Assembly: GCA_016713905.1 (NCBI GenBank)
Contig: JADJOE010000003.1
Location: 2,071,944 to 2,135,943, forward strand
Reading direction: 5' to 3'
DNA from: Candidatus Vicinibacter proximus
GTDB lineage: Bacteria > Bacteroidota > Bacteroidia > Chitinophagales > Saprospiraceae
Length of the DNA stretch: 64,000 nt
This document shows positions 53,937 through 62,801 of this stretch, piece after piece. Positions within the stretch are counted from its first letter, which is position 1; each line of letters starts with the position of its first letter. Below the pieces are notes generated by a model. It had not been told where the DNA came from and searched no databases. It saw only the letters and a list, made by a program, of their open reading frames with translations. The translations under genes were made by a program, and so were the position numbers.

Positions 53937-55172
53937 TTACTCAATCAATTGAAAACACTGCAGAAAATAACCATCGCTGAAGTAAATTCGTTTGGTCAAT
54001 GGATCATAAGTTGGGTCACTGATGTAGGTGTCAAAATATTCTTTACTTTCATTTGATGAATCATATTCAATTAGCTTCTTACCATTGGATGCATCAAATA
54101 TGTAAAGCCTTCTGTTGGAAAAAATGATTTTGCCGCCAATGCATCTGATTCCACCCAAAGCAACTCCCGGCACATCCGTCTTCCAATTTTCTTTTCCTGT
54201 CTTTTGATTCAAAGAAAATATATTGCCATTCCCTATTATAAAATATACATTTTGATCATCAAATTCAAGATTTGAATTCGCCATGTACAAGCCGCCTTGT
54301 TTGTCTGAAAAGTCCCGTTTCCAGACGATCTCTCCATTTTCACTGTTAAAACAAAAAATGGATCTTGAGCTGCAGGTAAATACAAGTCCATCTTTTATAA
54401 AGGTGGCCAATGAGTTGGGTTCTGTGTTTGGTTCCAGGTCTTCCTTAAACCAAACCATTTCTGATTTGGTTAAATTGTAGCAAGCCATACTCATTACTTT
54501 CGGACTACTCCAATAGCCCGTCTTAAAATACAACAAGGTGTCCCCTACTTGATTAATTTGAATGGCCGGTGGAAGCACCAGTGGATAAAAACCAGGTTTA
54601 TCTTCAGAGAAATCGGCGTGGTAAATTTTCCTTTCAGAACCATTCTTCATGTTGACGATGACTAAACTTTCTGTTTCGTCATTTTCCACATATCTAAAAA
54701 AGGCCAGCTCTTCCATTCGTGTGTATTCTAAGTAATGTCCACCCCGGCTGTGTACATCAATGGACCAAATGGACTTACCAGTATTCATATCTATCCCATG
54801 TAAATTGCTGCCTGTATACATAAATATATTTTGATAAACTGGCATTATGGTTTGGGACAAATTCATCATTTCTCCCTTTCTATCCGGGTAATGATCATCC
54901 CAACTCCAGCATGATTGACCGGAATCTTGTTTAAATGCCATAATATGATCATTAAGCAAACTCAACAAAATAGCATCACTTACCAATACTTTATCCTTAT
55001 ACAAAACTGGTGGAATGGACAGGCTTGTTTCCGGCCTTTTTGGAAGTAGAGTCTGCCAAACTAATTTAAGTTTGGTGGTTTCGGATCCTCCTGATGGAGG
55101 ATCCGAAATAGTAGCTGGATCATCATCGCACGACATGGTCAACAACATCAATGCCATCCAAATATTTTTCAT
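53937..55172 (-). CDS. PQQ-like beta-propeller lipoprotein (paralogue 1)
   Basis: 411 aa with lipobox LLTMSC, a PPSGGSE linker and propeller repeats (NTGKSIWS, ENGEIVWK, KTGKENWK). It starts 5 nt after the lipase stop. Confidence 0.75.
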   Translation of the reverse strand: MKNIWMALMLLTMSCDDDPATISDPPSGGSETTKLKLVWQTLLPKRPETSLSIPPVLYKDKVLVSDAILLSLLNDHIMAFKQDSGQSCWSWDDHYPDRKGEMMNLSQTIMPVYQNIFMYTGSNLHGIDMNTGKSIWSIDVHSRGGHYLEYTRMEELAFFRYVENDETESLVIVNMKNGSERKIYHADFSEDKPGFYPLVLPPAIQINQVGDTLLYFKTGYWSSPKVMSMACYNLTKSEMVWFKEDLEPNTEPNSLATFIKDGLVFTCSSRSIFCFNSENGEIVWKRDFSDKQGGLYMANSNLEFDDQNVYFIIGNGNIFSLNQKTGKENWKTDVPGVALGGIRCIGGKIIFSNRRLYIFDASNGKKLIEYDSSNESKEYFDTYISDPTYDPLTKRIYFSDGYFLQCFQLIE

Positions 55173-55177
55173 ATACC

Positions 55178-56647
55178 TTATTTTTGCTTTGTTTTAAAAA
55201 AATGACCATATTTCCCTACAAACATCAAATCTGTTGTGGATCTTTTTGTATTTCTATCATTCCTCATTTGTTGGTGATTACTGTACAATAGTTGATCTTT
55301 ATATGAATTTGGAAAATCAATTGCAGAGCTCACAGGCACTACTCCATCTGATTCTTCTATCTCTTCAAATTCATAGTGATAGATTTCTTGATGGGAACAA
55401 AAATAATCCCAACTATTATTCTTCTTGTCACATTCCTCGAAATCAATCCCATAATACATGTCCTTTCTTCGTTCTGATCCATTTGCGTCATATTCAACAC
55501 ACATACAATAACTTTCCGTAACCACTTTATAATTTATACCTGAACCTATGATGATCTTCCATTTATTGTCAACGGTTTTAAACCAATCAAAGACCGCCCT
55601 GTTAGCATCAGCTTTCTTTTGGTAATCATTTTTAACTCCCCAGGCACCAAACCATCCCCCTGGATGCCACCACACTCCATCTAAAAATTCAACCCATTTC
55701 GTTTGGTTAACATATTTAATGTAATACTCATCTGAAATCTGATTAACCTTATCCACCATATCCTGATCTTCATTTGCAGTGTACACAGGTACTGTCTCTG
55801 CTGAAGTTTTTAACCATTTCAACAAACGAAAAAATACAGGATCCTCTTCCACACCATAAAAGGCTACATTGTTTTTTATTTTTGAATTAAACTCATTAAA
55901 AAATACCGGCTTTTGTTTATACTCATCGGTAATCGGTGACAAAAAATCAGCGGCAAATGTTGGTGCCACGCCCGACACAAATTCGCAGGCGGGTTTGATG
56001 ATCTTTTCTTTAATTTTTTCCGGATTGATCAGCAAATCGAGTAGAAAGTTGGATTCCACAAATTCGGTCAGTTTCGAATTGGCAATATGCACACAACCCT
56101 CTTCCATTAGATCTACCATGTCATCCACATGCTGTAAAATAGGTGCTCCTCCATGTGGTGTTCCATAGGTAACAATACCTCCAAAGTAAGGATCTCCCTT
56201 TTGTGTATTTGTACGCTCCAAATCAGCCGCCCTCACTGCCAATCCCCCCTGTGAATGTGCAATCACAAAAGGTTTTAAGTGATCTTCTAATGGTCTGTTA
56301 ACTCCTTCTGAATTCTTAATCGCATCCAACAATCCCTGTCCGGCGGATTTAAGACTGATCTGAGGATATTCCGGAAATTCTGAATCTACCCAGTATTTAG
56401 TTTCAATATCGGGTCCCACCTTTTGCCAGGCCTTCAAGGCATCTCCTCCCAAACCATGTACCCAAAAAATAGTGCGACAAGGATCTCCGGTACTTGGATT
56501 GTAGCAAGATTTTGGTCCCCCGGTTGGATTGTTAGGGTCATAAGGAACAGCTGACTCAGCTATCCCATAAACAGGTTGTGCTGTCAAAGTGCTCATCAGT
56601 AGGATGTTGATGCAAACAAATATACAAAAACAAATAAAAGTTCTCAT
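55178..56647 (-). CDS. secreted alpha/beta-hydrolase, lipase/esterase-like
   Basis: 489 aa with a signal peptide, the nucleophile elbow VIAHSQGG, and candidate Asp (ESDGVVPV) and His (SNHQQM). It has no T9SS CTD. Confidence 0.7.
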   Translation of the reverse strand: MRTFICFCIFVCINILLMSTLTAQPVYGIAESAVPYDPNNPTGGPKSCYNPSTGDPCRTIFWVHGLGGDALKAWQKVGPDIETKYWVDSEFPEYPQISLKSAGQGLLDAIKNSEGVNRPLEDHLKPFVIAHSQGGLAVRAADLERTNTQKGDPYFGGIVTYGTPHGGAPILQHVDDMVDLMEEGCVHIANSKLTEFVESNFLLDLLINPEKIKEKIIKPACEFVSGVAPTFAADFLSPITDEYKQKPVFFNEFNSKIKNNVAFYGVEEDPVFFRLLKWLKTSAETVPVYTANEDQDMVDKVNQISDEYYIKYVNQTKWVEFLDGVWWHPGGWFGAWGVKNDYQKKADANRAVFDWFKTVDNKWKIIIGSGINYKVVTESYCMCVEYDANGSERRKDMYYGIDFEECDKKNNSWDYFCSHQEIYHYEFEEIEESDGVVPVSSAIDFPNSYKDQLLYSNHQQMRNDRNTKRSTTDLMFVGKYGHFFKTKQK

Positions 56648-56672
56648 AACTATTATATTTTTTTTAAGTGAT

Positions 56673-57692
56673 TTAAAATTTTAAAACTTTCCTGCTGGTC
56701 TTATAACCGTTAAGGCTCAATTGAAGATAATAGAGTCCTGGAACCAAGTTTCCGGAATAAATTTTTTCCTGATTTGTTCTGATTTCATACTCCTTGATCA
56801 GTTTCCCTGCCTGATTTAACAATTGCATTTTATAACTGAATTCCGGTTTATAATCAACAATTGAAACATTCCAATTTCTGTTCAACTCATCATTGAATAC
56901 CACAAAATCCAGTCCTTTCCCGCTCGATACGGATGTTCTTTGCAAAGCATTCTTAAGCTCACGGTTATTATAAAATTCATACGCATAACGTTTGATGATT
57001 TTATTCCAAAATCCCTTGTCGCCACTGTGAAATAAATATGGCTTAATGTTCTGAATTTCACAATCCACATATGCATTCCCAAGCTGGTAAAACTGGTGTT
57101 TTTCTGAGATCACTTCAACCCCATTTTCCTTAACCACATCGTAATAGTATAATTGATTTTCATCCACCAATCGCGTCTGTTGCTCTCGGCCTATACGGTG
57201 CACGCCATCTGATATTTTATCGACACGGAAACCCTGAGCAATTAAATCATCTAAATTCTCTTTGGTTAGAAAAAGAAAATTACTCAAAAGTGTATTATCC
57301 GTTGGCAAGGTTTCCGCAGGTGGAATAATCTCAGACGTAATAAAATGCCCATTCAAGTCAAAAATATAAATCCTATTTTTTGTAACGATGGTAGTACCTA
57401 TCTTGCTTAAATAGGAAACTGATTTTCTCTTTAAATGCGTAACAATTTTAACCTCGGAATAATCTTCCAGTAAATAAAGCTCTACAAAGTTTTCTTCATC
57501 CACTCCTTCCAAATTCTGTTTATCCAGAATTGTAAGGTTGGCATCCTTTGGAACGGTATAAAACTCCCGATGTTTTTCCTTGTAGCTTAGTTTTTCAAGA
57601 TACAGATTTGGCCTAAGTTCTTCAATAGTTTGGGTAAAAGTGGCTGTACAAAATAGTTGTACCAGCCAGAATAAAAAAATGTTCTTTTTCAT
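56673..57692 (-). CDS. secreted protein of unknown function, probable T9SS C-terminal sorting domain
   Basis: 339 aa with a signal peptide. The C-terminal beta-sandwich-like tail is ...LLNQAGKLIKEYEI...LVPGLYYLQLSLNGYKTSRKVLKF. Confidence 0.55.
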   Translation of the reverse strand: MKKNIFLFWLVQLFCTATFTQTIEELRPNLYLEKLSYKEKHREFYTVPKDANLTILDKQNLEGVDEENFVELYLLEDYSEVKIVTHLKRKSVSYLSKIGTTIVTKNRIYIFDLNGHFITSEIIPPAETLPTDNTLLSNFLFLTKENLDDLIAQGFRVDKISDGVHRIGREQQTRLVDENQLYYYDVVKENGVEVISEKHQFYQLGNAYVDCEIQNIKPYLFHSGDKGFWNKIIKRYAYEFYNNRELKNALQRTSVSSGKGLDFVVFNDELNRNWNVSIVDYKPEFSYKMQLLNQAGKLIKEYEIRTNQEKIYSGNLVPGLYYLQLSLNGYKTSRKVLKF

Positions 57693-58156
57693 GTGTTAAA
57701 AAATTAAAATAAGCCGGTGATCGGCACCGGTATCCGTCATAGTCGCTTCTTTTGCGTGGTGCGTTCTGAATTACCCACAGAACATAAAATGTCCATGTCG
57801 GATGAATTCCAACAAATATTTTTACCAAAAGGTGGTGTCCTAGATTATCCTAAATCATGTTTTAATTTTATGTTCTCAAATAGTGTCATGTTTGATCAAA
57901 CATTTGGTGTTATAATTTCAAAGATAGTGAGAAAAATAAAACTGTCAAGTTTTTTGCAAAATATTTTTATTGCGTTTAAAATATTTTTTGTGATGATTCG
58001 AAGTTTGAAAATAAGGATAGGACAAACAACACCTGCTTTATTTTCCAGAATGCCTTATATTATTATTCATTAAGCGTTGATTTTGTGAGGAGACAATTAT
58101 TTATGATTGAACATTCTTACTAGTTTTCTCATTGATAAGTTAAATCATTTACTACC

Positions 58157-59434
58157 GTGCCACTCAACATTCCACAAAGTACCAAACCAAGACTCGTCAT
58201 CATCGGTGCCGGATTCGCCGGATTCACCTTAGCACGAAAACTTGCCGGTAAAGACTATCAGATTGTTCTGCTGGACAAAAATAATTACCATCAATTTCAA
58301 CCGCTTTATTACCAGGTGGCCATGTCCGGTCTGGAACCCAGTTCGATTTGCTTCCCACTGAGAAGAAGTTTTCAGGATGAAAAGGACTTTTATGTAAGAG
58401 TCGCCGAAGTAAATAAAATACTTCCGGAGGAAAATAAAATAGAAACCTCCATGGGCATTATCCGATACGACCTACTTGTATTGGGCATGGGTGCCAAAAC
58501 AAATTACTACGGTAATGCAGAATTTGAAGCCAACAGCATTCCTTTGAAATCTGTTTCTGAATCTCTATTTCTCAGAAATCAAATACTATCTGATCTTGAA
58601 AAAGCAGTAATGAGTCCCGAAGGCACCGATCTTTCGCCTTTGTTGGACATTGTCATTGTGGGCGGGGGACCAACCGGAGTTGAACTCGCAGGTGCATTAG
58701 CAGAAATGAAGCAACACGTGATTCCGAAAGATTATCCGGATCTGGATGCAAAAAAAATGCATATCCATTTGATTCAGGGCGCGGACAGGCTTTTGCCGGG
58801 AATGTCTTTAAAGTCTTCTGACAAAGCCAAGAGTGATTTGGAGCAACTTGGTGTCATACTTTATTTAGACCAACAGGTAAAAAATATTTCTGATGGTAAG
58901 GTTATTTTGGATAATGGCTTTTGCATAAACGCGAATAAAGTGATTTGGGCTGCTGGCGTAAGCGCATCTGCTATACCCGGTCTGCCTGAATCCTCAATTT
59001 CCCGGAGTGGCAGAATTCTTACCGATGAATATTGCAGAGTTAGGGATACGAAAGATATTTTCGCAATAGGTGATCTCGCACTGGTTAAAGCACAAAAATT
59101 TCCGAACGGACATCCTCAGGTAGCCCCCGCAGCCTTACAGCAAGCCAAATGGCTGGCCGGCTACTTGAGCAAAAAAATATCCACACCTTTCGAATATTTC
59201 GACAAAGGTAGTATGGCAACCATTGGGCGACATAAAGCGGTTGTGGACGTTGCAGGAAGACACATTAGTGGTTTCTTTGCCTGGATAATATGGTTGTTTG
59301 TCCATATCTACTATTTGATTGGTGTCAAAAATAAAATTATCGTATTGCTCAATTGGATCTGGGGATATATTTTCTATGATCAGGCTTTACGCTTGCTGAT
59401 CAAACCAAAAACTACGAAAAAAGAATTGGTTTAG
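58157..59434 (+). CDS. ndh: type II NADH dehydrogenase (NDH-2)
   Basis: Two dinucleotide-binding motifs (VIIGAGFAGFTLARKL, IVGGGPTGVELAG) and a C-terminal membrane-anchoring helix. GTG start. Confidence 0.9.
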   Translation: MPLNIPQSTKPRLVIIGAGFAGFTLARKLAGKDYQIVLLDKNNYHQFQPLYYQVAMSGLEPSSICFPLRRSFQDEKDFYVRVAEVNKILPEENKIETSMGIIRYDLLVLGMGAKTNYYGNAEFEANSIPLKSVSESLFLRNQILSDLEKAVMSPEGTDLSPLLDIVIVGGGPTGVELAGALAEMKQHVIPKDYPDLDAKKMHIHLIQGADRLLPGMSLKSSDKAKSDLEQLGVILYLDQQVKNISDGKVILDNGFCINANKVIWAAGVSASAIPGLPESSISRSGRILTDEYCRVRDTKDIFAIGDLALVKAQKFPNGHPQVAPAALQQAKWLAGYLSKKISTPFEYFDKGSMATIGRHKAVVDVAGRHISGFFAWIIWLFVHIYYLIGVKNKIIVLLNWIWGYIFYDQALRLLIKPKTTKKELV

Positions 59435-59545
59435 TTTGATTTCATTTCTCTCTACCATAATACCAAGAATTAATTAGTCAGATTCTTTCCGATATTGTGC
59501 ATTGGTAAAAACCAAAGCTTATATTTGTATCAAACTCCACATCTG

Positions 59546-60544
59546 ATGAGATACTTTATTTTCGCTCTACTATGCATCCTCTTACAATCTGCCGCTTTCA
59601 CATTTAATCCATTGTACGCCCAATCCCAAAATGAAGACAGTGTAGGCTACCTCGCAGATACTCTTGTGGTTACCAATCCAAAAAGTGGTCTGGAGGAAAC
59701 ACTGATTTCCAAAACCATCATTTACAATAAAGGAGGTGTGCCACCTGTTTTTAAAAGTTGTCTAAAGGATCCTAATCCAAGGGAATGCAATAAAAAAATT
59801 CTAAAGGAATGGAAATACAATAGGATGAATTATCCGGAAGCTGCAAAAGCTCAGAAAATACAGGGTTTTGTTTATGCCAAGTATGTCGTGGATGCAAGTG
59901 GAAACATCGTCCGACCTGAAATACTTCAAGGCCTTGGAGGGGGTTGTAATGAGGAAGTGCTCAAATTTATTTCTTCCCTGCCACCCTATGCACCCGGCAA
60001 AAGAAATGGATTTGCGGTAGCTTATGAACTTAAGCTTGAAGTGAATTTTGAAAACCTGAATTCGATATCTGTAAATCCTGATTTTTCTGATCAAAATATG
60101 GTTAAAGAAAATCAGGATAGTGTGGGATTTATCATAGACACTATATATTCAATGGACAGTATTACCGGATATGAAGAAGTACGAATTGTATATGAAGATG
60201 TATACAACAAAGCGGATGTGGAACCAATTTTTAAATCCTGCGGAAATGACCCTGATCCAAAAGAGTGCAGTAAAAAACTATTGCTGGATTCCATGTACAG
60301 GATCATTAAATATCCGGATACAGCCAGAGCACAAAAAATTCAAGGGGTGGTTTATGTAAAATACATTGTAAATACCCAGGGAAAAATAGTTTCACCAAGA
60401 ATAACCCGGGGACTTGGTGGAGGCTGTGATGAAGAGGTCCTGCGTTTTCTCGCGATGCTGCCTCCATACATTCCAGCTAAAAGAAAAGGGATAAATGTTG
60501 CCTATGAAATCAACCTCCCGATCAAGTTTATTCTAAAAAAATAA
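59546..60544 (+). CDS. secreted protein with two tandem TonB C-terminal-like domains
   Basis: The internal start MRYFIFALLCILL gives a signal peptide. Two repeats of about 140 aa each contain YPE(D)xAxAQKIQGxVYxKYxV...GLGGGC(N/D)EEVL. Confidence 0.75.
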   Translation: MRYFIFALLCILLQSAAFTFNPLYAQSQNEDSVGYLADTLVVTNPKSGLEETLISKTIIYNKGGVPPVFKSCLKDPNPRECNKKILKEWKYNRMNYPEAAKAQKIQGFVYAKYVVDASGNIVRPEILQGLGGGCNEEVLKFISSLPPYAPGKRNGFAVAYELKLEVNFENLNSISVNPDFSDQNMVKENQDSVGFIIDTIYSMDSITGYEEVRIVYEDVYNKADVEPIFKSCGNDPDPKECSKKLLLDSMYRIIKYPDTARAQKIQGVVYVKYIVNTQGKIVSPRITRGLGGGCDEEVLRFLAMLPPYIPAKRKGINVAYEINLPIKFILKK

Positions 60545-60643
60545 ATGTTCAATTGCTTTTTCGCATTTGTAATCTGGCATTTATTTGAGATTGTTCAATA
60601 TCCCTTACCTTTGCGGGCCTTTATTGGCCCAATATAAATAAAT

Positions 60644-61522
60644 ATGAAAGGAATTATACTTGCAGGCGGACAAGGAACCCGGCTTTATCCACTTACCCTT
60701 GCAATGAGCAAACAGTTGATGCCTGTTTACGACAAACCAATGATCTACTACCCCCTGTCCACACTAATGTTGGCAGGAATTCGTGAGATTTTAATTATTT
60801 CAACACCCCGGGATCTTCCACAATTCAAATCCCTGCTTGGAGACGGTTCGCATCTCGGAATTCGGTTAGAATACCAGGAGCAATTGGTTCCAAATGGTCT
60901 TGCACAAGCTTTTGTATTGGGAAAAGATTTCATCGGCAAGGATTCTGTCTGTCTTATTCTTGGAGACAATATATTTTATGGTCATAAACTTCCTGAATTA
61001 CTTCGAGAAAGTACAACTCCCGATGGAGGAATTGTTTTTGCCTATCCGGTAGCAGATCCTGAACGCTATGGTGTGGTTGAATTTGATGAAAATCTACACG
61101 CCATCAGCATTGAAGAAAAACCTTTAGTGCCAAAATCCAATTACGCGGTTCCTGGAATCTACTTTTATGACAATGAGGTGATCCACATCGCCGAAAACCT
61201 AAAACCCTCTGCCCGGGGTGAGTTCGAAATTACCGACGTCAATAAAACCTATCTAGAAAGAAACAAACTTAAAGTCGGGGTTTTGGGCCGTGGGGTTGCA
61301 TGGTTGGACACAGGTACACATGAATCCCTGATGCAGGCTTCTCAGTTTATTCAGGTAATCGAAGAACGCCAGGGTCTTAAAATCGGATGTTTGGAAGAAG
61401 TAGCTTACTTGATGAATTATATAGACCGTGTGGGTCTTGCCAGGGAAGCGGAAAAATTAAAAAAAAGTATCTATGGCGAATATCTGCTTAAATTGCTCAA
61501 ACTGACAGATCCAAAAGTCTGA
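60644..61522 (+). CDS. rfbA: glucose-1-phosphate thymidylyltransferase
   Basis: [18 protein letters not shown]..., with the canonical RfbA/RmlA pattern over the full length. Confidence 0.95.
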   Translation: MKGIILAGGQGTRLYPLTLAMSKQLMPVYDKPMIYYPLSTLMLAGIREILIISTPRDLPQFKSLLGDGSHLGIRLEYQEQLVPNGLAQAFVLGKDFIGKDSVCLILGDNIFYGHKLPELLRESTTPDGGIVFAYPVADPERYGVVEFDENLHAISIEEKPLVPKSNYAVPGIYFYDNEVIHIAENLKPSARGEFEITDVNKTYLERNKLKVGVLGRGVAWLDTGTHESLMQASQFIQVIEERQGLKIGCLEEVAYLMNYIDRVGLAREAEKLKKSIYGEYLLKLLKLTDPKV

Positions 61523-61600
61523 TCCCAAGATAGAACTTTTAATTTTTTTTGAAACAAAGAATGGCTTTCAAGCGTTAACTAAGCCAAAAATAATAAGATC

Positions 61601-62017
61601 ATGTACCCAATAGAACTAGTTAGGCCAATGGCTCAGGAATTAAATCAGGTTGGATTTGAAAGTCTTAACAGCCCTGAAGAAGTAGCTCAAAAATTACAAG
61701 GTAATCAAGGCACCACCTTGCTTGTAGTTAATTCAGTATGCGGATGCGCAGCAGCAAATGCTCGTCCTGGGGTCAGAATAGCGCTTGGCCAGGAAAAGAA
61801 ACCAGATCATCTGGTTACTGTTTTTGCAGGTGTGGATACTGCAGCTACAGCTAAAGCTCGCGAATTCTTATTGCCTTATCCTCCATCCTCTCCTGCGATT
61901 GCATTGATAAAAGATGGAAAATTGGTTCATATGTTGGAGCGTCACCACATCGAAGGTAGGTCTGCACAAATGATAGCCGACAACCTTGTTTCTGCTTTTA
62001 ATATGTATTGCAATTAA
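61601..62017 (+). CDS. BrxA/BrxB-type bacilliredoxin (DUF1094, YphP/YqiW family)
   Basis: 138 aa with the CGC active site in LLVVNSVCGCAAANARPG. The length and ends match the family. Confidence 0.85.
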   Translation: MYPIELVRPMAQELNQVGFESLNSPEEVAQKLQGNQGTTLLVVNSVCGCAAANARPGVRIALGQEKKPDHLVTVFAGVDTAATAKAREFLLPYPPSSPAIALIKDGKLVHMLERHHIEGRSAQMIADNLVSAFNMYCN

Positions 62018-62026
62018 TTCTACCCG

Positions 62027-62638
62027 ATGCACATAAAATTTATATTGGTTTTAGTTGGTTTTATATTCTGTATATCGACTGCAAGGTCTTCAGTACTTAC
62101 AGATTCCATAATCAAGTATAAGCCCCTTTATACCAAAAAAGAACTCAAAAAGGAAGCGAAAGACATTAAAGAATTTGGAAAATTGGTCAAGGACTTTTCC
62201 AAGACTTCAAAGTCGGATAATATCGATTACCTCAATTCCAAATTGGAAAAGCTCAAAGTTCGAATGAATGAAGAACATCAGGAATTGAATGCCCGTATTT
62301 CTGCACGAACTCGACGCATTAAGCCTGCTAAAATAAACCGGGACAGTCTAAGTGAAACAGAATTACCCAAAGGTTATAATACCAATATTGGTGGCCAGAT
62401 TGTAAACGCGAACAAATCTGAAATTATGGAAAAAAGGTCTGAGACTGAAATTCTTCTGAAATACAGTAAGATCCTTAGTAAAGAAAATGCCATCGTTCGC
62501 AAATTGAAAAACGTTACAGAATTAACCAAGGACACACCATCAAGAACCATAGAAGAAATAATTTCAGACAGCAATGATTTCGTAGCCTCCATGAAAGAAG
62601 AACTTGCCTTGATGACCAAAGAAAAAGGTAAAAAATAA
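62027..62638 (+). CDS. hypothetical secreted coiled-coil protein
   Basis: 203 aa with a signal peptide. It is Lys/Glu-rich and has no motif I recognise. Confidence 0.5.
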   Translation: MHIKFILVLVGFIFCISTARSSVLTDSIIKYKPLYTKKELKKEAKDIKEFGKLVKDFSKTSKSDNIDYLNSKLEKLKVRMNEEHQELNARISARTRRIKPAKINRDSLSETELPKGYNTNIGGQIVNANKSEIMEKRSETEILLKYSKILSKENAIVRKLKNVTELTKDTPSRTIEEIISDSNDFVASMKEELALMTKEKGKK

Positions 62639-62801
62639 GCCCAAGTTATACGCAAGATTTAACCCATTTTTTTCTTTCCCAATTTTGCAATTTGCAAAAT
62701 CAAGTTGCTTTTTGAAGGAAATATAAGTTCTGATAAGAACTTTAAACGCGCATTGAGAATATCCCACTAAAGATAACAATGCATTTTCATCCATCCAATT
62801 T

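Noticed and set aside
57717-58073. 118-aa ORF in the AT-rich spacer upstream of ndh
   Set aside because: There are no motifs or ribosome-binding context, and the composition is typical of a random ORF in AT-rich intergenic DNA.
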